The notes under the pieces: model-generated | Database searches by the model: none | The model's input: the letters and a program-made list of their open reading frames with translations, nothing else | What the model was told of the DNA's origin: nothing | Shown here: piece by piece, positions 10,001 through 20,100 of the stretch | Position numbering within the stretch: position 1 is the stretch's first letter | Layout of the letters: every line of letters starts with the position of its first letter | Translations under genes and position numbers: made by a program | Source of the DNA: Spongospora subterranea f. sp. subterranea | Lineage: Eukaryota | NCBI GenBank assembly: GCA_049724395.1 | Contig: JAUGWO010000058.1 | Coordinates: forward strand, 62,001 to 84,273 | Length of the DNA: 22,273 nucleotides | Direction: 5' to 3'

Positions 10001-11460
10001 CACCAGCTTGCACAACTTCGGAATCAGGTTGGATTGAATACTAGAAAGAAGGGCAACTGGATCGAAGCTGACGCCTAGAGATGTTTGTTGACCTCTGCCA
10101 GCAATACTGATTAATATTTCCAGCATCTCGAACATTTTTGATGTGGGTACAAGTGCAGCTGCCGCAAGAATCAATAACCCATCCGATGAGCATATCAAAG
10201 GCAAATCGTTCTCGGTATTGCTCTATATCGGCTCCGTATCAGAATTCAATTTTAAGAATACTGACCGGCAACTTACCGAATCGCAGACGTATTCACCCAT
10301 CGCTTGTGCCGCGATTTTTAACACCTGGAGATTATTCGCATTATTACGGCAACTGATTGTTTCGGTAGATCAGTTCTTACTTCTGATGCCTGGATATAGA
10401 GTCGGGAATCAATCATGGCTAAACCAGATAGGAGGTCAGCGTAAATGCTCTCTAATATGAAATTATGACGGCGGAAATACGCAGAACAGTTCAGTAGTTT
10501 GATTAGACAGGTTCCTCTGGGTGATATCGATAATCGAAAACCGTTAACCGACACTGCGACGTGTCGAGATAAAACGAAATGATGATCTGAGTCTAATCTG
10601 GCTGACGATTTCAATGACATTGTATGTTATGCAGAGAGGTTCGATAACTGAAGGAAGTAATGATCGCCCATTGACCATTATTACAGTATCGGCATTATGG
10701 AGAACGGTTTCAGTCGACTCCAGACTAACACAATCAATCAATATGAGGCCAGATAATTCGACAACATATTCGTGAGAGTCATCAACACAGCAAGCATCTG
10801 ATGAAAGGTTTGGGGTAAACGATTGCTGATAAACCAAGGGACTTCTCTCCAAGCAAGTTGTGGACATCCGCATCGATCCACCCCGAAAAATTGCCCGATT
10901 TTTATGACACGAAATAAGATGTACAATCTTATTAGAGGATCGCCATGGTACCGTAATGTGATTTGCGATTGTTTTCATTGATAAAGCAATAAACCGATGT
11001 AGTGAGTCCCATATAATCTGAATCCGGCTGCAAATAAAGCCAAGATGGTAATCTTTCAAGCACGCCAAGGTCCCGAAAAGTATGGACGATGTTTTGACAA
11101 AAAGCTGCCATCAGTGATCATAAAACTTGTTGATTCTATCCGATAGAGTTGCATTGCTGGCTTGTGAACTTGAGTACTCTAACGATTTTACAACCCTTTG
11201 GACCACTTTAAAAGCCACCTACCTCGCCCCAGCAAAATTTTCGTAGGTCAATTTCAACTTTCCCCGAAATACTCATTTATTACCCAGAACCCATGAAGAG
11301 CAGAACGAGAGAAAGCTTATATTGGCAGGCACTGGGATCCCAGATAAATTGCTATCCTATTTAATCAACTTGGCGAGAACCATGAACTAGCGGTGATGAT
11401 GTGGTTCAAACAGAAATAATATTGATGAACAAGTAAAATTGGACAGTTCATTAACTGCAT
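7071..11460 (-). CDS. Large multi-exon hypothetical protein, helical HEAT/ARM-like region with acidic low-complexity C-terminus; both ends uncertain
   Basis: Chain of minus-strand ORFs (10544-11068, 9584-10204, 8869-9243, 8283-8582, 7275-8228) separated by short gaps compatible with introns. HEAT-like segments include LTNDWNTEVQEAATILI, NGRVRVECIRLM and NPTYICEAAARTIEFVLE. Exon structure not fully resolved; orthology unknown. Confidence 0.65.
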
Positions 11461-11636
11461 CAAGGTAACGCGATACGTAACGCGATAGTGCAAAAGGGGG
11501 GGGGGGGCACCTCTGACTGACACCACGGCCTGCGCAACAGGGGCTGGGCAAGAACCTCGTCGGCGGGGAGAAGGCGGGAGGCGGGTGGCTTGGCCGCACG
11601 GCGCCTGCTTGGTCGTCAGAACTGTTAGCTGCCGAT
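11461..11636. promoter_or_regulatory. GC-rich putative bidirectional promoter between the HEAT-like gene and the NAA50-like gene
   Basis: Short region between divergent genes. It holds GTAACGCGATA twice (11465-11475, 11477-11487), a G12 run (11496-11507) and three GGCGGG boxes (~11562-11585). Confidence 0.5.
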
Positions 11637-12238
11637 ATGGAGGGTGTGTCTTCCCCTGTTAGAATTGTCTCATTAACGGATCCATTACTGGCTAAAAGAC
11701 TAAACACGTTGTTAATGCCTATTCAGTATTCTGATCAATTCTACGAAAAATCGCTCAAATCCGGATTCAGCTTTTTAGGTATTTGTTCAGGAGTTGCTGT
11801 TCAAATCTGTTCTCAGAAATACTGGTAGCCATGCGTGGAACTGCCGCTGTTGGTCTTATATGCTGTTTAACTGAGAGTGATAATCGCATTTATATTGGCA
11901 GCCTTGCAGTAAAAGCAACTTTGAGGGGTCTTGGCATTGGTAAACTCGTTGGTTTAAGGACGGTCCGCCTTCTAATTTTATATGAACCAGGTTCGTTGTT
12001 GCTGCAAAACCTGTTGGACATTGCCCATGGCTACAGTATTTACCTCCATGTTCAAGTCGATAATCGCACCGCAATTGAACTTTATAAACGTCACGCGTTT
12101 GTTAAATCCGGCGAAGTGCTCAACTATTACAGGTACGGTTTGACATTCATGATTTTCAGGCAGTATCGGATTAATTGGTACTTCAGGCGTATCAAGCCAT
12201 CGGCAGCTTACATTCTTCAAAGGCCAGCTGTGATTTGA
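11637..12238 (+). CDS. NAA50: GNAT N-alpha-acetyltransferase, Naa50/Nat13-like (4 exons)
   Basis: Introns 11779-11828, 11940-11990 and 12133-12186. Motifs LNTLLMPIQYSDQFY, VGLICC, RIYIGSLAV, RGLGIG (acetyl-CoA binding), IYLHVQVDN..AIELYK..F and YYRRIKP. Confidence 0.8.
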
Positions 12239-12413
12239 ACACTCGCCTCAAACAAGCCAGGATATTTTCAAACAAGCACGTCAACAATTGTCAATACCCG
12301 TTGGTCGGTATATGCATCGCTCTTGTGCAGTCGCTATACTCTTCGAAAAATATTAATGGTAATTAGTAAATTTAGTATATGTTCTTGGAATTTTTATCTG
12401 TCGCCGTTAACCT

Positions 12414-12842
12414 TCACTCTGGACACGTCCTGGCATCAGTCATGAACGAAACGAATTCGGCCAAGTCCATTCCAGTCGAAGCTGAATATTCGGCTGATGA
12501 ATGACTGCGGTTAGCTGGCTCGAAATACACAGGGTTTTCGGCAAACCGAACTTGTTTGCTTCTAGTGGGTTTGGCTCCATCGTTTGTACGGTACGATCTT
12601 CTTCTTGGCTTGCGGATCAGGCTAAGTTTATCCCTAGAGTCATTTGTGGCAAGCCCTTCCTCGTCGTCATGTTCGTGTGGAGTCCGAAACAATGACCGTT
12701 TCAAGTCGCCTTCACACTCATCATACCGGACGCCCCTATCACCATGCCCAATCGGAGGCCGATGGTGGCGATATCCAAAACAGCCAGGAAGAAGACGGCT
12801 TAGCAATCTCCCTCGTCCTGAAGAACGGGGGAAGAACCTCAT
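12414..12842 (-). CDS. Hypothetical 142-aa, probably disordered protein with a KQVRF (RVxF-type) motif
   Basis: ATG at 12842 lies within a 248-codon open frame. The product MRFFPRSSG... is hydrophilic. The start codon and any upstream exons are uncertain. Confidence 0.5.
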   Translation of the reverse strand: MRFFPRSSGRGRLLSRLLPGCFGYRHHRPPIGHGDRGVRYDECEGDLKRSLFRTPHEHDDEEGLATNDSRDKLSLIRKPRRRSYRTNDGAKPTRSKQVRFAENPVYFEPANRSHSSAEYSASTGMDLAEFVSFMTDARTCPE

Positions 12843-13244
12843 GGAGGAGGGCGAATGTTGATGGGATTGAGATTTTTGTGTCAGTGATATGAAGGAAAGG
12901 AGTATGTTAATTGTTCCGCGTGGCATATGCTGTATGACGATATCTGATAAACTGTCAACACAGACCTCACTCTTTTCTGTGACGCTACTACACCCACCCC
13001 ACTGGCCTTCACCCGTTGGCGCTACGTACTGCAGGTACCATCTGTGACTGACAGCTGACATGTTACTGTGCATGTTTTTGGGGGTCGCTGGCCGCACTGC
13101 TAACGCCAGACCTGATACTGCAATGATAATACCGATGGGACATGAAATATCGAGTTGCAATGCCGCCGAATTTGCTCAGTTTTGTATGTAAAATAAAGTT
13201 CAATCGGGATCAACAACTCTGTTTCAGATTCGCTGGGTACTTTC

Positions 13245-13529
13245 TCAAGCGCTCCTAGGCAGGACAGAAGATTTATCCGTTCGCCAATCAATATGAAGAT
13301 TTGAAAAAACACGTTTGATATCAGATCCGAGCACCTTCTCGTGGCATTGTTTCACCGCTTCGATGATGTCTTCAAATTCGCCTCTGAGGTTGGTTCCGGT
13401 CGCGTGCTGATGACATTCAATCCGATCTCCAAAATCTTTCAGTACAAGATGACACATCTCCACGTACTTCCGAATTGAGGGTGAAGACGAGCCAACTGGG
13501 GTTAGGCAGAAATCAGCGACGATACGCAT
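13245..13529 (-). CDS. Thiamine-binding protein family (UPF0045 / MTH1187 / yeast Ecm15-like), paralog 1
   Basis: 94 aa, intronless. ADFCLTPVG..PSIRKYV..C, HATGTNLRGEFEDI..AVKQCHE and RV...HIDWRTDK match the family pattern. Confidence 0.9.
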   Translation of the reverse strand: MRIVADFCLTPVGSSSPSIRKYVEMCHLVLKDFGDRIECHQHATGTNLRGEFEDIIEAVKQCHEKVLGSDIKRVFSNLHIDWRTDKSSVLPRSA

Positions 13530-13779
13530 ATTGAGATTGTCTGGCGTAGCTATCCGAAATAGATGAACGACTTGAATAAATTTGTGCTCCGAAAATAAGC
13601 ATCGGCCAGAAACCTGTTATTCATTCCCAGGTTATTGCGATTGGTCGTCCGACGAGTTCGGCCATATGTAATGTATCGGCCAATGAACCTGGATGAATTC
13701 CAGACCCATGACCGACCTCATAATTCATTATCGCTGGTTAAAGACAACTTGAAACTTTTGCCTTATCTACTTATTCAAT

Positions 13780-14082
13780 ATGCATATCGTCGCCGATTTC
13801 AGCCTGATTCCAATTGGATCTTCCTCTCCCTCGCTTCGTAAATATGTTGAGATGTGCCAACAAGTATTGAAAGGCTTTGGAGAACGACTCGAATGCCACC
13901 ATCACGCGACCGGTATCAATCTCGCTGGCGAATATGAAGACGTCATCAATGCGGTTAAACAGTGCCATGAAAAGGTGCTGAGCTCTGGCGTAAATCGTGT
14001 CGTATCGAGCCTTCACATGGATTGGCGAACTGATAAGAAAAAGAGTTTGAAATCCTGTATGGGCGCCCCTAGAAGCACTTGA
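13780..14082 (+). CDS. Thiamine-binding protein family (UPF0045 / MTH1187 / yeast Ecm15-like), paralog 2
   Basis: 100 aa, intronless, same motifs. 63 of the first 86 residues are identical to paralog 1 by manual count. Confidence 0.9.
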   Translation: MHIVADFSLIPIGSSSPSLRKYVEMCQQVLKGFGERLECHHHATGINLAGEYEDVINAVKQCHEKVLSSGVNRVVSSLHMDWRTDKKKSLKSCMGAPRST

Positions 14083-14772
14083 TTTGACTCCTTTTCTACC
14101 ACCCGTTGATAAAACAACTGTCAAAAATTGTTTGAATTTGAATTTCTTTGTCAACTTGATAAAGTGGTGTGAATTCTTTCGCGCTGTATTTCCATTTGAA
14201 TTGCTTTGGTTGCCACTCTTTAAACTGGGATTAGTCAAGCTGTCCATGATCACAGAAACCGGAATTGGCCAATTACTGGCACGAAAGAACCATGGCTGAC
14301 GAATGCTAATTTACGTCGCCTTGTGATAGTAAATCGGTTTCCTCATTAGTGTTGATATGATCGATGAACCAATATATTGAGCGACATCTCAGAAAAGAGT
14401 CGCAGTGATCTCTACAGCAACATCATGTGCGATTACGAGAGATATTTGGCACATGAACTACAGATGTTACGAACTACCCGCCATTATTTGCTTTCATAAA
14501 CGGGTTGAACCAAACATGGCAGGTCGAATGTCACTCTCTCCTACGACATTGGCTTCGATAGGCAGCCAAAACGTGATGCAGCAGGTAGTAGAACAACGGA
14601 CCTATCAAATACAGAACTAAACAAACAGCAGCAAAGTTGAATAGGTGGGAGAGGATAATCGGGTATCTGAACCCTGGTGTATGACACATAGAACCGTTCG
14701 TCTCATCCTTCACTCTGAACTCATCCTTGCCCGTTGGCGAACCGCGATACTGTTGCGCCATCCAATTCTCCA

Positions 14773-17043
14773 ATGTGTGTGCTCAACTTGTTGGTATTGC
14801 TGCTGGTGGCGATCAGACCGACTCGATCTGTGACAACCAAACCTGGTCATGGTTGGGGCGAACCGCTTAGCTCAGGTCAGGCCAATGCCGCCATAAAAAT
14901 CGCCTCCTCGACTTGCTCGGTATGGATGGCGAAATGTCGCTCCAAAGAATTGCTCAAATTCTGAGAGCATTGGTCCTTGCAGGATACCATGTCGCTGTCG
15001 CAGGAGTGGGCAATGCTCCTTGACGAGACCAACCATTTACACTTTCCGGCATTCGAATATTCAGCATTGCGGTCAAATTTTCTGCAAAGCAGTTCCTTGT
15101 TGACGTTTGATTTTTCCAATGGTGTCGACCAATTTGGTGAAAGGTCTTCGATGAAGGTAGTCGTTCAGTTCATCTTCAAATAGAGATTCGGCTTGTTAAG
15201 GGTTTTTTTAGAAATGGGGCTCGAGCCCGGCTTCGAGCTTTGACGCGTCCCATGTCAGTATCGATTCTCAACGGTTGAGCCAAAAGGGCCAGCACCTCGA
15301 TTGCCTTATCGAATCAAACCGTATTCCAAGTGATTCGGAAATTTTGTCGTCAAAAGAAGTTCTCGAGAATCTCGTGCCCGATAATACAAACTCCCACCAG
15401 TTTGGTGACAGTTCTTCCAAAAATTTAGCCGTTCAGTTTAAGTCCAACTTGTGTTTCGGGTTGCTAATGTCGTCTTAGGATTGGAACCCGAACACGAGTC
15501 CAAACCGTGATGCATCCCGTATCAGTAATGATGGTCAACAGTCAATTGAACGCGTAGAGGGCAAAACTTCCGATTGTTGCATCGAAAATACGATCAATTC
15601 GAGAAACCAGCCTGTTGACGTTCGTGAGAATATCGTGCCAGTAAGGGATTTCCGATAATCGTGATCACCAATATCTGCTTATGGCGTAATAGGATGGATT
15701 TCCGCAGCGGACTCACAAAATGGTTTATTTTCGTAACTCCAAGTACTTGATGGGATTGAGAATGCTCAGTCCGCTCCTAAACTGGGACCTGGATGAGGTC
15801 AAAGACTATGATAGCCTCTGTGTGTTTCTGGTCAGAACTCTGGTTCCCCGCTCTGTCTGTGATTTGATGATCACAAACGGTATCGTCTGTTTAGGGAAAG
15901 GAGACGAATCCTGAGCAGGTCGATTTTCACAACAGTGTCGCCATGACGGAACACATCATGAAACTACTGGTGGAAAGAAAGTCTGGGCGGGATAACGTTG
16001 AGATCGGACAAAAAAACATCGATGCTCCTAATCCAAAGCTCATTGGCAAGGCAAACAGCACTCCGGAAAAACTGATCCGAATTTCGAATTTTGTTTTAAA
16101 ACTGGTCTCTTGCAGAAGATCAGGCTGCAGTATTAATCCTAATGTGATATCGTGTTTCAAGCGCGTCTGTATCCCCGTCCTTCATTGTCTTGTGAAATGC
16201 TGTGGCAAAGACATAAACGTGTTCCAGACACGTTGGGGAACGCGTTTCCCGCACCATATTTTTGGTGTGAATTGCTGCCCCGGTCGTGGATTAAAACATA
16301 ACACCTGCGGGTACTTGAGGACCAAAGTTGTCATAAACCCTGACAACAGGTATTCATTGGCCCTTTTCTTTAATCTGATTAACATATGTGCTTTCAGAGA
16401 CAACGACTCCGATTTATTGGATCTCAAAGCTCTTGTTGTTGCTGTTTCAACTTCAAAAACCGTAGAAGAAAAACTCAATCTGTGCTGGAAATTCAACGAG
16501 AAATTCCGATCATGTGGCCCCATTGCTCGAAAGCCTTTCCTAGCATATCATAACCAAACCCCGAGACCCATCTGGGGGTGCTTTGTTCATCACTGTGGTG
16601 AAGATGCAAAGGAATGGATTCGAAAATGGGGCTCTCGATTCCCGCAAGGAAGTTTCGGCAGTCGAAAATGTCATGGCTTGGAGACCTTTAGTTGCGGATC
16701 GATCGATCCACCATTCGATATTCCAGCAAGACATGAACTTCGCTCTAGATTAACCCGAAACCTCCTTCCAGCGCTGTCCAAAATTTTCGAAGAGTATGAT
16801 CATTTCGTAATTGCGAAGACAACATTAAAGAAATCGCCTCATCCGGATTTAACCACTTTTATCAAAAAATGTCGTCCTATTTACAATTGCTTACATCGTC
16901 ATTGCGCTGGAAGTGTTGAGGAATTTGCTCGGAGATGGGGAGAACCAGTATACTGCACCAGTTTCAGTCGCAATTGCTGTCCTGGTCCAGACAAAAGGAA
17001 TCTGATGTCCTGTCAATATAATTCTCATCCAAAGGTTTTATGA
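14773..17043 (+). CDS. Predicted secreted protein (~646 aa, 7 exons) with three C-terminal Cys/His/Trp-rich repeats; candidate effector
   Basis: N-terminus MCVLNLLVLLLVAIRPTRS resembles a signal peptide. GT-AG introns 14920-14982, 15157-15211, 15431-15478, 15641-15692, 15831-15894 and 16350-16397 join five ORF-track fragments into one 1941-nt frame. Confidence 0.75.
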
Positions 17044-17149
17044 GGGTTGACCCTCCAATGGCTCAACAAACAAGGTGAAGATGAATTCAAATAAACCTGA
17101 TGGACTTAAGGGTAGTTTCACAAGGGGTTATAGGATTATTCTGTTGTAT

Positions 17150-20100
17150 TCACATCAACTTTTCTCGGTATAAATCCATTTGATTCTGGCCAACATTGGC
17201 CCAGATACATATGTGTATTCAACACCTCCCTCCGCTATGGACTAGGTAGGCAACTCACGCTCGATTGATGTCGATTGATTTTGTTGTTGAGTCTAATGAA
17301 TGGGTGGAGTCGGCTACCATCAGATATGAGGGCAGTAGAAGGGATGACAATAGATTCCACCCCGAATAGAGAACAACCGACTCGTCTTCGGGTTGGAAAT
17401 CGTGTACCTGGATAAGCGTAAAATGTTTGACACAAACACAATTACTGAATTAAATGAGAAAACTCACCACGATAATTCGACTTGTCGACATGGGTTAGGA
17501 CCGATTTGTCGGAATAATCTTAGTGGGTTGTGAATTTCTGATGTGAGATGTTATATATCCAGCCAAGAATCACAATTGAAGCGAATGTTCTAAATTGACG
17601 ATGACGGGCGAGGGAATCTGTTTCCATATTTCACATGAAGGGCAACGGTCAAGGTATGATTCCAATAACACGACATTGCCGACCACGACACTATTTCTGA
17701 ATCTGAGTCGTCATCTCCAGTTAATGCGATTTGATCACCCAACCTCTCCTCAGGTATGATCTGACCGTATGTCACTGAATCACGCTCCGAATGCCATGAA
17801 TTTGCATGGAATACCGTTCTAACAACGATCAAGGACACACATCGCCCTTTGATCAAGCGGCTGTTTAACTCATATGCTGGTCATTTGATCCTGTTCGACG
17901 ACAAGTATCCTTGAGGTTATTGGTTGAAACTGAATTCCCGTTCTGGAGTAGCGCCACAACACCGGGACAACCTTCAAGGGTCCAGCAGCAAACGTCAGTT
18001 TTGTGTGGCGACGGCTGTGATTGGCAATGATCAAAGGCGACAGTGGACAATCAAATCAATATTCAGAACGACAACTGCGCTGCGATTACTGAATAGTCTC
18101 TGTCCCGGCAAACCGTCCCAATGGTCATCGAGACCGGAAAACGTGCCATAAATCAGGATCACTTTCAGGACCTTTCGTCGGCTGTCGTCGTTGCCAGGGA
18201 ATAAATGGCCCAATTCCCAATCCATTTCCCTTTGTTGAATATCCGTTCAAGGCAGCAATTACCTCGACGAGTTCCTTGACAATCCAGCGGTTAACTTGCG
18301 ATTGGCGCTGGCCACGATCAAACCTGTTAAAGCTGCTTCGCAGTTCACCCTACTCATCAAGTTCGTGTCATCTTCTTCACTCTGAATAAATCGAGTGAAC
18401 CGGTGTCAAGAGAAATATGTTTCTTCAAAAGTGATCACTGGTTTACGCGAACTTGATCGCGACCGAAATGCTATTACTGTTTGGACGGAATGAGAGTTGT
18501 GCTGGAGACCCTGATCCATTCCTCGATAGCTGGTCGCGATAATGGTCTGAGACCTGTACCGGACTCGGAACCAGATCGGGTGTGGAATGTATAAAGGCAA
18601 ACACCATAATCGATAAACGATCATGAAAGTGTGTTTTATGGTGACGATATATCAAATTCTCATCTCTGAACACAATGGAGAAACGAGAATTGGCGCAACA
18701 ACGCGTGTATGGAAATCTGGTCCTGATCCGATCTGGTAAAAAACATTTCTCTTTCAGGGAGCGTTGGTTGGATGTTCTGGGTGATTCGAGCGAAGGTCGT
18801 GGTGATTTCGACGGACGATATTCACGACAGGATGTGTCGGGACCAGAGTTTGAGAATTAGTGATGAAGATCCATTGGCGTTCACGACGACGAGATCGACA
18901 TTGACATCAACACTGTTTTGATCATTTGTGGCCGTTCGGGACAGGTATTCTGATTCCATTGTGGTAATATTTGTTGCAGAATAATCGTTGATGACCAGGG
19001 CCATCATCCCCCACGACCGCCGTCCCACAGAAGACCTCATGTACCTTATGACCTTTCTTTCCGAAATCGCAGGGGCGCAATCGACCACCGACAGCGTATT
19101 TTATGAATGGCGCTGAAGTGTTGACAATTTCAAGTTTCGGAGCCCAATACTGATTTGATTGTGGTGACGAATCACGCGCTATTGGCGTTGTGCTCAAGTG
19201 ATTTGTCAATCTGAGGTTTGCGGCGACGCCGTCTTCACTGGATCAATAATCGGCAATCAGATGAATCAGTGTCTAACAAATGAAACCGTTGTCGCTCGCT
19301 GATGACGAAGATTGATTCGCGACTTTCGGCAAATACGAGTCGACTGTGACCAACGATCGCTGAAGATCGCAATCGATCGTGTTCTCCGAGTCCCATTGCC
19401 GAGGTCGCCCCAACCGATGTCAGGTTCATAGGTCGACCATTTCTGGGCACACCATTCTCACACGACAGCCCAACCATTCACAACAACAAAATGCGCTTTC
19501 GGAATCGATTGTTTATAAAAGGCGCGTTCACGGTTTGTTAACAATCTGCCAAACTTTGCAACCGCAAACAAATCAACTAGATGACGACGCGTCGCATTGT
19601 CTTGTCAGCCCGACCAACAATCGTTTGCAGCAATTCTCTGATTTCTCATGGGAATTTATCGATGACAACTGACTTTGGCTCGGACCCAATATCAATCATC
19701 ATTTGAAGTGTTCTGCACGATGTTGAATCAGCACAATGTTCTGGCGCGTCGTGGAGTATATGTTCAAGCCCTACACCTAGTGCATTGCTGACGCCTTGAT
19801 CTAATTCACGTCAAACGGTTTGAATATACGAAGCCGGGTCGTGATGACATTGGACGATTGACTTTCACCGTACATTATTTGGTCGTTCAATTGGGTGAAC
19901 TCTTGGAAAATTCGGTATTGGAGCGATATTCTCAGAATGGTGTCTGACGGAAGGGAGCATTTGCCAACAATCGGGTTATCCTGACATCGAGGTTGAGGAG
20001 GTCAAAAACGGGAATGCCGCGTTGGCGAGCACGGACGCAATCGCTGCAAGCTTTGGGGCATCTAAGACAGATTTCCCAATTTCCCATATATTGTTGGCGA

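Noticed and set aside
11387..11707. 106-aa Pro-rich minus-strand ORF
   Set aside because: It has a non-ATG start, overlaps NAA50 exon 1 in antisense, and its prolines come from the promoter G-runs.
12843..13160. Signal-peptide-like N-terminal extension of ORF 12414-13160
   Set aside because: The hydrophobic stretch lies upstream of the first in-frame ATG and the ORF call begins at TTG, so it is unsupported without transcript data.
13530..13779. TPP riboswitch next to the thiamine-binding genes
   Set aside because: GAACCTG and CTGGCGTAG resemble pieces of the aptamer, but they are in the wrong order and the conserved CTGAGA core is missing. An Infernal search with the TPP model would settle it.
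13771..14253. 160-aa minus-strand ORF, and similar shadow ORFs such as 3914-4378, 8714-9076 and 16182-16523
   Set aside because: They are antisense to better-supported coding regions and show no recognisable motifs.
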